Of a stretch of DNA of 24,000 bases, positions 1 to 9,159 are shown piece after piece (within the stretch, counting starts at the first letter, position 1; every line of letters starts with the position of its first letter). The notes below the pieces were generated by a model, which did not search any database, was not told the DNA's origin, and worked only from the letters and a program-made list of their open reading frames with translations. The DNA is from Methylomagnum ishizawai (lineage in GTDB: Bacteria > Pseudomonadota > Gammaproteobacteria > Methylococcales > Methylomonadaceae): assembly GCA_945861705.1 (NCBI GenBank), contig CAMAVM010000011.1, positions 57,799 to 81,798 of the forward strand, written 5' to 3'. The position numbers and the translations under genes are program-made.

Positions 1-58
1 ACTTTATAAAGTCTGAATAAGTAAAACTCTCCATATCAACCTCTATACTCTAAAAATA

Positions 59-1318
59 TCAACACTTTTTACAGTGCCGCTCAACTGCTTTTCGTGCCCT
101 GTCTATTGCACCATTGTTATCATCATGAAGTTGAGGATTGTGTCGATCATCCTTACCACCATGCCATTTTTTAGTGTTGGCATCCCTTAATGCTTTACAG
201 TCCAACGCTCTTTGTAGTTTCCATTTAGCTATTTCGCAAGGATCAGTAAGGCCTGGTGGAACTTTTTCATTACATCGATTTTTATACTGCCTATTGTTTG
301 CACGGTATTCAATATCTTTTTGTAAATCATCGTATACACCTGGGTATTCTTCACCCCAAATTTCACTAATTATTACTCCACCACCCACCACAGCCGCACA
401 GATAAGCGGGTTCACCCAACAGTAAGCTATGACGGGTTCAACCCAAGGCAATGTTTGTGCAAACAACCCAGTGGGATCGACCGCATTGACCGGATTCCCA
501 TTGACATATGCATAAAAATTAACCCCCCCCTCCAACCCAATCGGGTCCGCCGTCACATACCTCCCTAACTCCGGGTCATAATAGCGGTGCCAATTATAGT
601 ATAGCCCAGTCTCGGCATCCTCGACTTGCCCGGAGAAGCGCAGGTTGGATTCAATGGTGGGCTTGTCCTCGGTTGCAATGGGCGTGGTGATGTTTACGTT
701 CCCAAAAGCGTTGTACTGCGCCGACCAGACGACAATACCGCTGCGGTCAGTGGCCTGGATAGGCGTGCCGAGGTGGTCGTGGTGGTAATAGGCGATGGTG
801 TTTTGGCCTGCGCTGTTCTTGGTCTTGATGAAAAGGGTGGCGGTGGTGAATTCGCCGTTTGGCCTTGGGCCGTATTGGGTGGTGATGGTTGGCGCTGTGG
901 TGGCTGTTACGTTTTGCCCCTCACCCTGGCCCTCTCCCACGGGGAGAAGGGGATTGATGGCTTGGCTGGCTTCGGCAATCAGGCCTTCGTCGCTGTACAG
1001 GTAATAACTGCGCTTGGGCTGGCTTAGGGGCGCGCCGTCCTTGTTGCGGTAGGCTTCTTTCCAAATCCTTCTGTCAAAGGGGTCGTAGCCGTAGCGGGCG
1101 ATGGGGTTGTTGTCCTTATCACTGACTTGGATGAGTCGGTTTTGGCTGTCGTAGCTGTAGTGGGTGCTGTTACCGCCTTGGGTTTTTTGAGTGAGGTTGC
1201 CTGTGGGGTCGTAGCTGTAGCTGGTTTTGCCCAGCAACAAGCCTTTTTCGGTGAGGCGGTTGTTGGCATCGTACTCCCAGCTTCCTACGTTCTTGCTGTG
1301 TTCTATGCGGTTGCCCAC
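59..1318 (-). CDS. RHS-repeat protein C-terminal fragment: RHS repeats, core-end motif, and a 134-aa C-terminal toxin-like domain. It is 5'-truncated and has no ATG.
   Basis: YD/RHS repeat text is present (YSYDPTGNL, YSYDSQNRL, YGYDPFDRR). The core-end motif reads RYYDPELGRYVTADPIGLEGGVNFYAYVNGNPVNAVDPTGL, with the final L at 464-466. A divergent tail follows at 62-463. The frame is open upstream only to a TAA at 1373-1375, and the only start is a GTG at 1318. Confidence 0.8.
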   Translation of the reverse strand: MGNRIEHSKNVGSWEYDANNRLTEKGLLLGKTSYSYDPTGNLTQKTQGGNSTHYSYDSQNRLIQVSDKDNNPIARYGYDPFDRRIWKEAYRNKDGAPLSQPKRSYYLYSDEGLIAEASQAINPLLPVGEGQGEGQNVTATTAPTITTQYGPRPNGEFTTATLFIKTKNSAGQNTIAYYHHDHLGTPIQATDRSGIVVWSAQYNAFGNVNITTPIATEDKPTIESNLRFSGQVEDAETGLYYNWHRYYDPELGRYVTADPIGLEGGVNFYAYVNGNPVNAVDPTGLFAQTLPWVEPVIAYCWVNPLICAAVVGGGVIISEIWGEEYPGVYDDLQKDIEYRANNRQYKNRCNEKVPPGLTDPCEIAKWKLQRALDCKALRDANTKKWHGGKDDRHNPQLHDDNNGAIDRARKAVERHCKKC

Positions 1319-1450
1319 GCCGTCCAGGGTAAAGGTTTCGGTGTCCTTGCCGAACAGGGCTGGTGTCGTCGGTTATTGACTTGACGAGGTGGGATTCGTC
1401 GTCGTAGCAAGCCTGGATGGAGCTTGCGGAATCCGGGTTTTCGTGGCTTC
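1319..1450 (-). pseudogene. Frameshifted upstream remnant of the same RHS gene.
   Basis: A different frame reads ...ACYDDESHLVKSITDDTSPV, which is RHS-repeat-like. The downstream frame reads PALFGKDTETFTLDGVGNRIEH. The two frames can only be joined by a frameshift near 1355-1370. No start codon or RBS is present. Confidence 0.45.
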
Positions 1451-1501
1451 GATTTCCGGTATTGCGTTACATTTCATACAGGCTGCTTTTGTCTAAGAAT
1501 A

Positions 1502-2179
1502 TCAAACGCTAATTGTATTCCCCGCCAAATCCGCAACCGCCGCATTTGCAACCCCGTAAACCTGGATACTATGTTTGATGACCTTGGCATAATTTTCGTG
1601 TAGATGTCCGTGAAAAATATGTTTTACGCCCATTGCTGAGGCCAGGTCACCAATAACCGAAAACCCGTGCTTATGTGATCCAGGAGCTTCATGGGTGACT
1701 AAAATGTCTGCTTTTAACTGCGCGAGTGCATGAAATTCATCGTGCCAGATAGCGCACTGGTATTTTAATGGCATTTCGCCGCCCCTGATGTGGGGGCGTT
1801 GGGCATCAATATATTGCTGTTTGTTTGCCCATTTGGGTGTTTGCGGCGGATACCATACGCGACCTAGAAAAATACCGCCTAAGCCAGCTATGCGGATACC
1901 TGCAATATCAGCCACTTTCAAGTGCAATCCTTTATGTGCCAGCGTGGAATGGAACAGGTTGTGGTGCTTGTCAGGCGTTTCAAAATCGTGATTGCCAGCA
2001 ATCCACCAGATTTCTGTCAGTTCGACAATCTCTTGCAGGGAGGTTTCTAGGGGTGATTCCAGGTCATAGTCCCCCAACAACACGACCGCTTTGGGTTTGT
2101 GCTGGTGTACTGCGGCTATCAGCGGCTTGAAATTTCCGTGCGGATCGCCAGCGAATAAGATTTTTTTAGATAAGTCCAC
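1502..2179 (-). CDS. Calcineurin-like metallophosphoesterase.
   Basis: The metallophosphoesterase motifs appear in order: GDPHGN, LLGDYD, GNHD, THEAPG, GHLH. Confidence 0.85.
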   Translation of the reverse strand: MDLSKKILFAGDPHGNFKPLIAAVHQHKPKAVVLLGDYDLESPLETSLQEIVELTEIWWIAGNHDFETPDKHHNLFHSTLAHKGLHLKVADIAGIRIAGLGGIFLGRVWYPPQTPKWANKQQYIDAQRPHIRGGEMPLKYQCAIWHDEFHALAQLKADILVTHEAPGSHKHGFSVIGDLASAMGVKHIFHGHLHENYAKVIKHSIQVYGVANAAVADLAGNTISV

Positions 2180-2500
2180 TGGGCTTTTAGCTGGGTGATA
2201 ACTTATTTTGGATGATCTTCATAGTCGTAGTGTAGCCAAATTGTCCGAATTAAATTGCCCAAATTAAGCACAGAATGAGCCTTATTAAGGTTACGAGAAT
2301 GTTACCACAACAAATTCGATAGGATTTCTGTATTATTGTAAGGATTTTAGGTTAAAATACGCGGTTTTCAAAACTTGGCTGGGCAGGATTTAGATTTGCC
2401 GCACTTAGTCGGCGCACTTGGCCAAGTTTAGAACCCTTAAGAGACGCTATCCAGGCGGGGTCTCCAAAAAAGTTTTCATGCCCACATATAGAGTAAAACT

Positions 2501-4585
2501 ATGACAGATTTATCGCTTTACAGAAACATCGGTATATTCGCGCACGTTGATGCCGGCAAAACCACGACCACCGAGCGGATTTTAAAGCTGACCGGAAAGA
2601 TCCACAAAATTGGTGAGGTGCACGACGGTGCGACCACCACCGATTTCATGGACCAAGAACGTGAGCGCGGCATTACCATACAATCCGCAGCGACTACCTG
2701 TTTCTGGAAGGATTATCGGTTTAACATTATTGATACCCCAGGCCACGTTGACTTCACCATCGAAGTGTACCGTTCCTTGAAGGTTCTCGATGGCGGTATC
2801 GGCGTGTTCTGTGGTTCTGGTGGGGTTGAGCCGCAATCAGAAACCAATTGGCGTTATGCGAATGACTCTGAAGTTGCTCGCGTTATCTACATCAATAAGC
2901 TGGATCGTATTGGGGCTGATTTCTATCGCGTGATTAAGCAGGTTGAACAAGTATTGGGTGCAGTGCCTGTCGTTATGACCTTGCCTATTGGCACCGAAGA
3001 CCAGTTTGTCGGCGTTGTGGATGTACTTACCCGCAAAGCCTGGATATGGGACGATTCCGGTGACCCAATGAATTACCATATAGAAGATGTACCTGCCGAT
3101 ATGGTTGCGGACGTTGAAAAATGGCGCGAAAAAATGATCGACCAAGTTGCCGACCAATTTGATGATGTTATGGAACAATATCTGGATGGCGTAGAACCTG
3201 ATATTGAGACCATCAAGCGCTGTATACGTAAGGGTACGATCAACCTCGATTTCTTCCCGACCTTCTGCGGTTCTTCTTTCAAAAACAAAGGTGTACAGTT
3301 AGTGTTGGACGGCGTTATCGATTACCTGCCTTGCCCAACTGAAGTTAAACCTCAGCCTGAAGTTGATCTTGAAGGCAACCCTACTGGTGAGTTTGCAATA
3401 GTCGATGCCAATAAGCCATTACGCGCACTCGCATTCAAGATTATGGATGACCGCTATGGCGCGTTAACTTTCCTGCGCATCTATTGTGGCAAGCTGGAAA
3501 AAGGCACCAACGTACTCAACACCTTCACTGGCAAAACCGAACGTATTGGCCGTATTGTTGAAATGCACGCCGATGATCGTAATGAATTGGATTCCGCACA
3601 AGCTGGCGATATTGTTGCGGTTTTGGGTATGAAGAATATCCAAACCGGACACACGCTATGTGATCCGAGATTCCCTGCAACATTAGAACCGATGGTATTC
3701 CCTGATCCCGTTATCTCGCTGGCGATTAGCCCGAAAGATAAAGCGGCATCTGAAAAAATGGGTATCGCATTGGGCAAAATGATTCAGGAAGATCCCTCTT
3801 TCCACGTAGAAACTGATGAAGACAGCGGCGAAACCATTCTTAAAGGTATGGGCGAGTTGCATCTTGACATCAAAGTTGACATCTTAAGACGTACCCACGG
3901 TGTAGATGTTATCGTCGGTAAACCACAGGTGGCCTACCGCGAAACCATTACCAAACTCGTTGAAGATGAATACACCCACAAAAAGCAATCGGGTGGTTCT
4001 GGTCAATACGGTAAAATCAACTACATCATTGAGCCAGGTGAGCCGGGTAGTGGTTTTGTATTTGTGTCAGCGGTTACCGGTGGTAACGTACCACGCGAGT
4101 ACTGGCCTGCGGTTGAAAAAGGTTTTAAAAACATGTTGGACAAAGGCGTTTTAGCTGGTTTCCCTTGTTTAGATTTTAAAGTTACCTTAACTGACGGTGC
4201 ATTCCATGCGGTTGACTCGTCTGCGTTAGCGTTTGAAATTGCTGCCAAAGCCGCATTCCGTCAAACCATTCCAAAAGCTGGCCCACAATTGATCGAACCG
4301 ATCATGAAAGTGGACACCTTCACGCCGGATGCCCACGTCGGTGATGTCATCGGCGACCTTAACCGCCGTCGTGGCATGATTAAATCGCAAGATCCAGGTA
4401 TTACGGGTGTGCGCGTAAAATCTGATGTGCCATTGAGCGAAATGTTCGGTTACATCGGTGATTTGCGTACCATGACATCTGGTCGCGGTCAGTTCTCCAT
4501 GGAGTTCTCGCATTACATGCCGTGCCCTAAAAACGTGGCAGATGAAGTCATCAAGGAAGTTAACGAGCGCAATAAAAACAAGTAG
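2501..4585 (+). CDS. fusA: Elongation factor G, a stand-alone EF-G2-type paralog that is not in an rpsL-rpsG-fusA-tuf context.
   Basis: The GTPase motifs are present ([24 protein letters not shown]) and EF-G domains II-V are full length. An RBS-like gagt precedes the ATG. Confidence 0.95.
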   Translation: MTDLSLYRNIGIFAHVDAGKTTTTERILKLTGKIHKIGEVHDGATTTDFMDQERERGITIQSAATTCFWKDYRFNIIDTPGHVDFTIEVYRSLKVLDGGIGVFCGSGGVEPQSETNWRYANDSEVARVIYINKLDRIGADFYRVIKQVEQVLGAVPVVMTLPIGTEDQFVGVVDVLTRKAWIWDDSGDPMNYHIEDVPADMVADVEKWREKMIDQVADQFDDVMEQYLDGVEPDIETIKRCIRKGTINLDFFPTFCGSSFKNKGVQLVLDGVIDYLPCPTEVKPQPEVDLEGNPTGEFAIVDANKPLRALAFKIMDDRYGALTFLRIYCGKLEKGTNVLNTFTGKTERIGRIVEMHADDRNELDSAQAGDIVAVLGMKNIQTGHTLCDPRFPATLEPMVFPDPVISLAISPKDKAASEKMGIALGKMIQEDPSFHVETDEDSGETILKGMGELHLDIKVDILRRTHGVDVIVGKPQVAYRETITKLVEDEYTHKKQSGGSGQYGKINYIIEPGEPGSGFVFVSAVTGGNVPREYWPAVEKGFKNMLDKGVLAGFPCLDFKVTLTDGAFHAVDSSALAFEIAAKAAFRQTIPKAGPQLIEPIMKVDTFTPDAHVGDVIGDLNRRRGMIKSQDPGITGVRVKSDVPLSEMFGYIGDLRTMTSGRGQFSMEFSHYMPCPKNVADEVIKEVNERNKNK

Positions 4586-4642
4586 TAATAAGCTGGGTTG
4601 ATTCCCAGATTTCAGCTTACAGGTAGAGTGGATTAAGACATA

Positions 4643-4740
4643 ACGCGGGACGGGGTTTAAACCCCGTCCCAAACGTTTGCTGGTTATTTTCTTGATCTAT
4701 GCTGAAACGCTTCGGACGGGGCAACATGTCCAGTCCGGCT
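4643..4740 (-). repeat. Twin-hairpin dispersed repeat, copy C. It includes the perfect hairpin gggacgggg-tttaa-accccgtccc at 4647-4670, which probably acts as a terminator between convergent fusA and suhB.
   Basis: The reverse complement aligns by eye with 17083-17190: agccggac.gg.catgttgccccgt.cg.ag.gtttca.c ... acgt...gacgggg...ccccgtc.cgcg. Confidence 0.6.
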
Positions 4741-4793
4741 AATAGAAAAGGGAGGGTATATTCTGCAATCCATGCCGGAATGGCGTTCTCAAA

Positions 4794-5588
4794 TCACTTC
4801 AAATTATCCGTCACATGCGGCTCAATCAGCTGATACATCATCTGGTGCATCTTGGGGCTACCAGCAATAACATTGCCTGATGTTAGATAGTTGTCATTAA
4901 AAGAAAAGTCAGTTACTACACCGCCTGCTTCCTTGATTAGCAAAATACCTGCCGCCATATCCCATTCCATTACGCCGATTTCCCAGAAGCCATCTAAACG
5001 ACCTGCGGCAACATAAGCCAAATCCAGCGCGGCTGCTCCCGCACGGCGAATACCGGCGGCTTCTGTGGTAATGGCTTTGAACATACCGATGTAAGCATCT
5101 AAATGCAGGTCGGTCTTAAAGGGAAAGCCCGTGCCGATCAATGCACCTTTCATGCTGGTTTGGTTGGTCACCCGCAACCTGCGGCTATTTAACATAGCAC
5201 CACCGCCACGTTTGGCGGTAAATAGTTCGTCGCGTAAGGGGTCATAAATAACGGCAACTTCCAATCTGCCTCTATATTTTAAGGCGATGGATACCGCATA
5301 TTGCGGAAAGCCATGCAGGAAATTGGTGGTGCCGTCCAACGGGTCGATCACCCAGACAAAATCGTTGCCTTGGTGCAGTCCGCTTTCTTCGGCGAGAATG
5401 GCGTGGTCGGGGTAAGCTGTTCGGATGATATTGATGATTTCCCGTTCTGCTGCGCGGTCAACTTCGCTGGCATAGTCATTCTTGCCTTTTTGGTCGATAT
5501 TGAGCTGGCCGATGTTGTCGGAGGAACGGAGGATGAGGTCGCCAGCACTGCGAGCAGCACGGATGGCGATATTGAGCATGGGTTGCAT
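4794..5588 (-). CDS. suhB: Inositol monophosphatase SuhB. The start is trimmed to MQPMLNIAIRAAR.
   Basis: The N-terminus matches E. coli SuhB (MHPMLNIAVRAARKAG). IMPase motifs are present: EESG, WVIDPLDGTTNF, WDMAAG. The tracked ORF start at 5717 would overlap trmJ. Confidence 0.9.
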   Translation of the reverse strand: MQPMLNIAIRAARSAGDLILRSSDNIGQLNIDQKGKNDYASEVDRAAEREIINIIRTAYPDHAILAEESGLHQGNDFVWVIDPLDGTTNFLHGFPQYAVSIALKYRGRLEVAVIYDPLRDELFTAKRGGGAMLNSRRLRVTNQTSMKGALIGTGFPFKTDLHLDAYIGMFKAITTEAAGIRRAGAAALDLAYVAAGRLDGFWEIGVMEWDMAAGILLIKEAGGVVTDFSFNDNYLTSGNVIAGSPKMHQMMYQLIEPHVTDNLK

Positions 5589-5666
5589 AGGTTGATTGTA
5601 TAATGAGCGGTTAGAAACCTGATTAGGATAACAAATCTTTTGATAAACTGGCTGCTTTTTTAAACA

Positions 5667-6416
5667 ATGGAAGCGTTTCTTTCTAATATCAAGATTGTAT
5701 TGGTCGAAACCTCGCATCCCGGCAATATCGGCGCGGTCGCCAGGGCGATGAAGAATATGGCGATGGGTAATCTTTGCCTGGTCAATCCCAAAATTTTTCC
5801 GAGTGCCGAGGCGACTTCAAGGGCTTCAGGTGCGGATGACATCCTGGCTTCTGTCAAGATTTACGAGACTTTGCCGGAAGCCATTGCCGATTGCCAGTTG
5901 GTGTTAGGGGCGAGTGCGCGTTGCCGGACGATAAGCTGGCCTGAGCTAACACCGCGTGAATGCGCGGAGAAAATCGTCATCCATGAACCGGGCAATCAGG
6001 TCGCTATCCTGTTTGGCCGGGAAAATTCGGGCTTGAAAAATCACGAATTGGACTTATGTCACCACTTGCTGCGGATTCCCTGCAACAGCGAATACAGTTC
6101 CCTGAATATCGCCGCCGCCGTGCAAGTCATTTGTTATGAATTATTTGTAGCTGCAGGCGTTCAGGAAACCAACAAAATCGGTGATAAAGGCGACATTCCG
6201 CTCGCTACGGCTGAACAAATGGAATCTTTTTATGGTCATTTGCATGAGGCTTTGGTGGATATAGGTTTTATGCACCCCGATAAGTCAAATTCTATCATGC
6301 GGCGTTTGCGCCGAATTTATAATCGGAATCAAATGGATAGTAAGGAACTAGATATACTTAGAGGTATTTTAAGAATGTCGCAAGGCAACAAAGCTAAAAC
6401 AAAGCGGAGCCAATAA
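5667..6416 (+). CDS. trmJ: tRNA (cytidine/uridine-2'-O)-methyltransferase TrmJ (SpoU family).
   Basis: [32 protein letters not shown] and [14 protein letters not shown] closely parallel E. coli TrmJ. The gene is divergent from suhB, as in many gammaproteobacteria. Confidence 0.9.
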   Translation: MEAFLSNIKIVLVETSHPGNIGAVARAMKNMAMGNLCLVNPKIFPSAEATSRASGADDILASVKIYETLPEAIADCQLVLGASARCRTISWPELTPRECAEKIVIHEPGNQVAILFGRENSGLKNHELDLCHHLLRIPCNSEYSSLNIAAAVQVICYELFVAAGVQETNKIGDKGDIPLATAEQMESFYGHLHEALVDIGFMHPDKSNSIMRRLRRIYNRNQMDSKELDILRGILRMSQGNKAKTKRSQ

Positions 6417-7255
6417 TGTTAGAACGGATAAAAGAAGATATAGCCTGTGTATTTGGACGTGACCCCGCCGCCCAATCGGTACTGGAAGTCGTGACGGCTT
6501 ACCCAGGATTTCATGCCGTGCAAATACACCGTATCAGCCATGCCTGTTGGAATGCAGGGTTTAAATTGCTGGCGCGAATTATTTCGCATATCAGCCGCTG
6601 GTTGACGGGTATTGAAATTCATCCCGGCGCACAAATCGGACGGCGGTTTTTTATCGACCACGGTATGGGTGTGGTGATTGGTGAAACCGCTATTATTGGC
6701 GATGATTGCACTTTATACCACGGCGTTACGCTGGGCGGCACGACCTGGAACAAAGGTAAACGCCATCCTACTTTGCATGATGGTGTCGTCATAGGTGCGG
6801 GTGCTAAAGTGCTGGGGCCGATTGAAATTGGGGCGGGTGCACGTATTGGCTCAAACTCGGTGATTCTTAAAGCCGTACCGGCGGGTGCAACGGTAGTCGG
6901 CATCCCAGGTCATGTCATTGATATGCAAGCTAAGGCAGACAAACCGCAATACGGCTGGCTGGATAGCAACCCTGAGCTGGACAAAGAGCCCGAAGCGCAA
7001 ATGAAAAAAACCGAGCGTGACAAAATTGCCAGCAAAATGGGCTTTGATGCTTACGGCATGACCGCCGACATGCCCGACCCTGTCGCTTATGCCATCAACC
7101 ACATGCTCGACCATATTAATTCGCTTGATGAACAAATAGCCGCCATGCAAAAAGCCATCAATGAAGCAGGGATTAACTGCGCGAATACCCCGATGTGTTC
7201 GTTGGAGGATTGCCAGATTGCAGATGGTTCGGCAAAGCGGGAAAAGATAGGGTAG
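6416..7255 (+). CDS. cysE: Serine O-acetyltransferase CysE with a C-terminal extension of about 100 aa.
   Basis: The hexapeptide-repeat core is [44 protein letters not shown]. The start overlaps the trmJ stop (TAATG). Confidence 0.9.
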   Translation: MLERIKEDIACVFGRDPAAQSVLEVVTAYPGFHAVQIHRISHACWNAGFKLLARIISHISRWLTGIEIHPGAQIGRRFFIDHGMGVVIGETAIIGDDCTLYHGVTLGGTTWNKGKRHPTLHDGVVIGAGAKVLGPIEIGAGARIGSNSVILKAVPAGATVVGIPGHVIDMQAKADKPQYGWLDSNPELDKEPEAQMKKTERDKIASKMGFDAYGMTADMPDPVAYAINHMLDHINSLDEQIAAMQKAINEAGINCANTPMCSLEDCQIADGSAKREKIG

Positions 7256-7279
7256 GCAGCTCGTTCTCAAACTATGCTA

Positions 7280-7386
7280 GTTCCCAAGCTCCAGCTTGGG
7301 AACCCCTAATTTGAAGCTCTAGCTTCAAGCCAAATAAAGCAAGCAAGAGCTTGCAAAACAACATTCCCAAGCCGGAAGCTTGGGAA
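7280..7386. repeat. Cluster of four consecutive short hairpins built on AAGC...GCTT cores. It may be a REP/BIME-like element or a bidirectional terminator.
   Basis: The four hairpins are 7280-7303 gttcccaagc-tcca-gcttgggaac, 7311-7328 ttgaagct-ct-agcttcaa, 7339-7354 gcaagc-aaga-gcttgc, and 7364-7386 ttcccaagc-cggaa-gcttgggaa. The first and fourth have nearly identical stems. Confidence 0.6.
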
Positions 7387-8428
7387 CGAGCAATGTTTTT
7401 CAGTGCCAATGTCGCTATATTTGAAATTAAGGCTATTGCCTATCAGCGTAAACAAGTTGTTGGCAGCAGAAAGTGCTTTGTTGGAGTAATAATTCATTAC
7501 CGTTGCCATCAAGGCATCTTGTATCAGGACGTTATTTTGTGCAACCCCGTCATTGCCGCGCAAGGCATTTATCTCGGCAATAAATTGAGCCAGTTTTCCA
7601 TTGTTTATTCCTTGATTGTATTGCTCATTTAGTAACATCTTTAATAGATCTGGTGCAGATGAGCGTGAATCGTTACCAAACCAATTTGAATCCGTTAAGT
7701 AGGTGCCGAAATTAGGTAATTCGCGTATCAGTGTAGCGAAATCTTCGTTTACCTGCATGGCTGTCATCAAAGCCATCGAATGTCGATTAAGCGCACTTAA
7801 GTTTGAATCTCCCATTGAAATGTTAGTGTCCGAAGCGGATATTGTGGGAAAAGCAAATCTTATAGGCGCTAATATTTCACCTTCCAAATAAATATGGTTA
7901 ACATTACTCTCCCGGAACGGGAATAGTACTCCCAAAGACAGATTATAGGTTGCAAAATCAAGATCAGTATAACCCCCAGCCAATAAGCTTAGTTCTAAAG
8001 CGGACAGAATTATTGAGTTAAGCGCAGTAAGCTGAAAAGGAGCTTCATCAAATACGGTTGCAGGCGTATCAAAAAATACCGCCATCAATGATGCCAGACC
8101 ACCACCCAGAGAAGACCAGTAAAACTGAATGTCGCCCAGGATTGGCGGCTTTAATATCCAGATAAAAGCGCATGGCTTCATAGACTTGCTACGATGGAAG
8201 CTGTCCAGTAGCAGCTGAGTTACCGTATAACCAATCAACGCCGTTGTTAGTTCCTGTGTAAGAAATAACAATTTGGTTGCCATTTTTATAAGCACCCGCC
8301 GAGAAGCCAGAAAAATTATAATCAGGATTGTATGCTATCGCTGTCCAACCATTTGGCTTAGGAAGACTATTAATTTCTGAAGCGTTATATACTTGAGAAG
8401 CAAGTCACATTAATTCAAGTTCGGTCAT
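7306..8428 (-). pseudogene. Class-3-lipase-like gene disrupted by two in-frame stops and a frameshift.
   Basis: From the ATG at 8428 (ATGA overlap with the upstream gene) the frame reads MTELELM*LASQVYNASEINSLPKPNGWTAIAYNPDYNFSGFSAGAYKNGNQIVISYTGTNNGVDWLYGNSAATGQLPS*QVYEAMRFYLDIKAANPG. The stops are TGA at 8405-8407 and TAG at 8189-8191. The sequence then continues in another frame after the ggg run at about 8135 as DIQFYWSSLGGGLASLMAVFFD, a nucleophile-elbow-like motif. The tracked ORF 7306-8295 is the distal frame only. Confidence 0.55.
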
Positions 8429-9159
8429 TTTTTATCTCCATCTGCTGAAATCATTTTGTAAATTTGGCTAGCTTCATCAAAGACGCAACGTTTTTTGTTG
8501 TTTAACGGCGGTACTTGACTTCGGTTTTCTGCTTCAAAGTATTTTGGTGATAACTGATATGAACCTACTTGCCTGTAAACCCATACAACACTTGCACGGC
8601 TTATTTCTTTTTCTGCAAGCTCAACGATGCCACTCAAAGAATTTCTATCAGCTGATAAATATAAATTGCTGCCAAGTACAGGAATACGTTGATCGGTTAA
8701 TGGTTTTTCTACCCATTTATCTTGCTCAAACTGATAAGGCACATAGCGAATGCAACGTTCACCTACCCCACGAAGCGTATAGATAACCCAAGTTTTTGAA
8801 TCAGTTAAATCAAACACTAAAGGAAGTTCGGCATTGCCAGCAGTTGTTAAATCCTTTTTTTGCGATTGCCATTCAATAGACTTGCCTTTATTGAATGGAT
8901 CATTAAATCGGATACTATATTGAATCGGATAACTACTTTGGCTTCCTGATACTCAGTCGCCCCCACCACACATATGCAAGGCTGTTCGTTCAACGGTTAT
9001 CACTTCACCTGTTCGTAACTTGACTTCTTCACGCCAAGAGACATTGCCTTTGCATTTTGGCAGAGCTAAACATGCCAACTCCAAAAAACCAAAGATAAAA
9101 TATCGTTGGGTTGGCGTGAGTTTGTTTATGTAATTTCCTTTATTCATTCCTGACCTCAT
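8425..9159 (-). pseudogene. Hypothetical membrane-anchored protein split by a single in-frame TGA. It could alternatively be two separate small ORFs.
   Basis: ORFs 8953-9159 and 8425-8817 are in the same frame. The 45 codons between them (8818-8952) are open and read VSGSQSSYPIQYSIRFNDPFNKGKSIEWQSQKKDLTTAGNAELPL. Only the TGA at 8953-8955 interrupts the frame. The N-terminus has a hydrophobic segment, YFIFGFLELACLAL. Confidence 0.4.

Noticed and set aside
138-1384. Plus-strand ORFs 138-425, 626-1027, 795-1004 and 1127-1384, and minus-strand ORF 1024-1269, all overlapping the RHS gene.
   Set aside because: They are antisense or alternate-frame shadows of a clearly recognisable RHS coding frame. 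Their composition is low-complexity (A/V/G/T-rich) and they have no RBS.
2582-7270. Numerous antisense or alternate-frame ORFs inside fusA, suhB, trmJ and cysE, for example 2582-2836, 2837-3178, 4226-4672, 5301-5603, 6619-6903 and 6851-7270.
   Set aside because: Each is fully contained in or opposite a confidently identified housekeeping gene. None has an independent signal.
8405-8955. Programmed readthrough or selenocysteine at the in-frame TGA codons (8405-8407 and 8953-8955).
   Set aside because: The lipase-like gene also has an in-frame TAG and a frameshift. I see no SECIS-like hairpin immediately downstream. TGA is used as a normal stop elsewhere in the window. Gene decay, or sequencing error, is the simpler reading.
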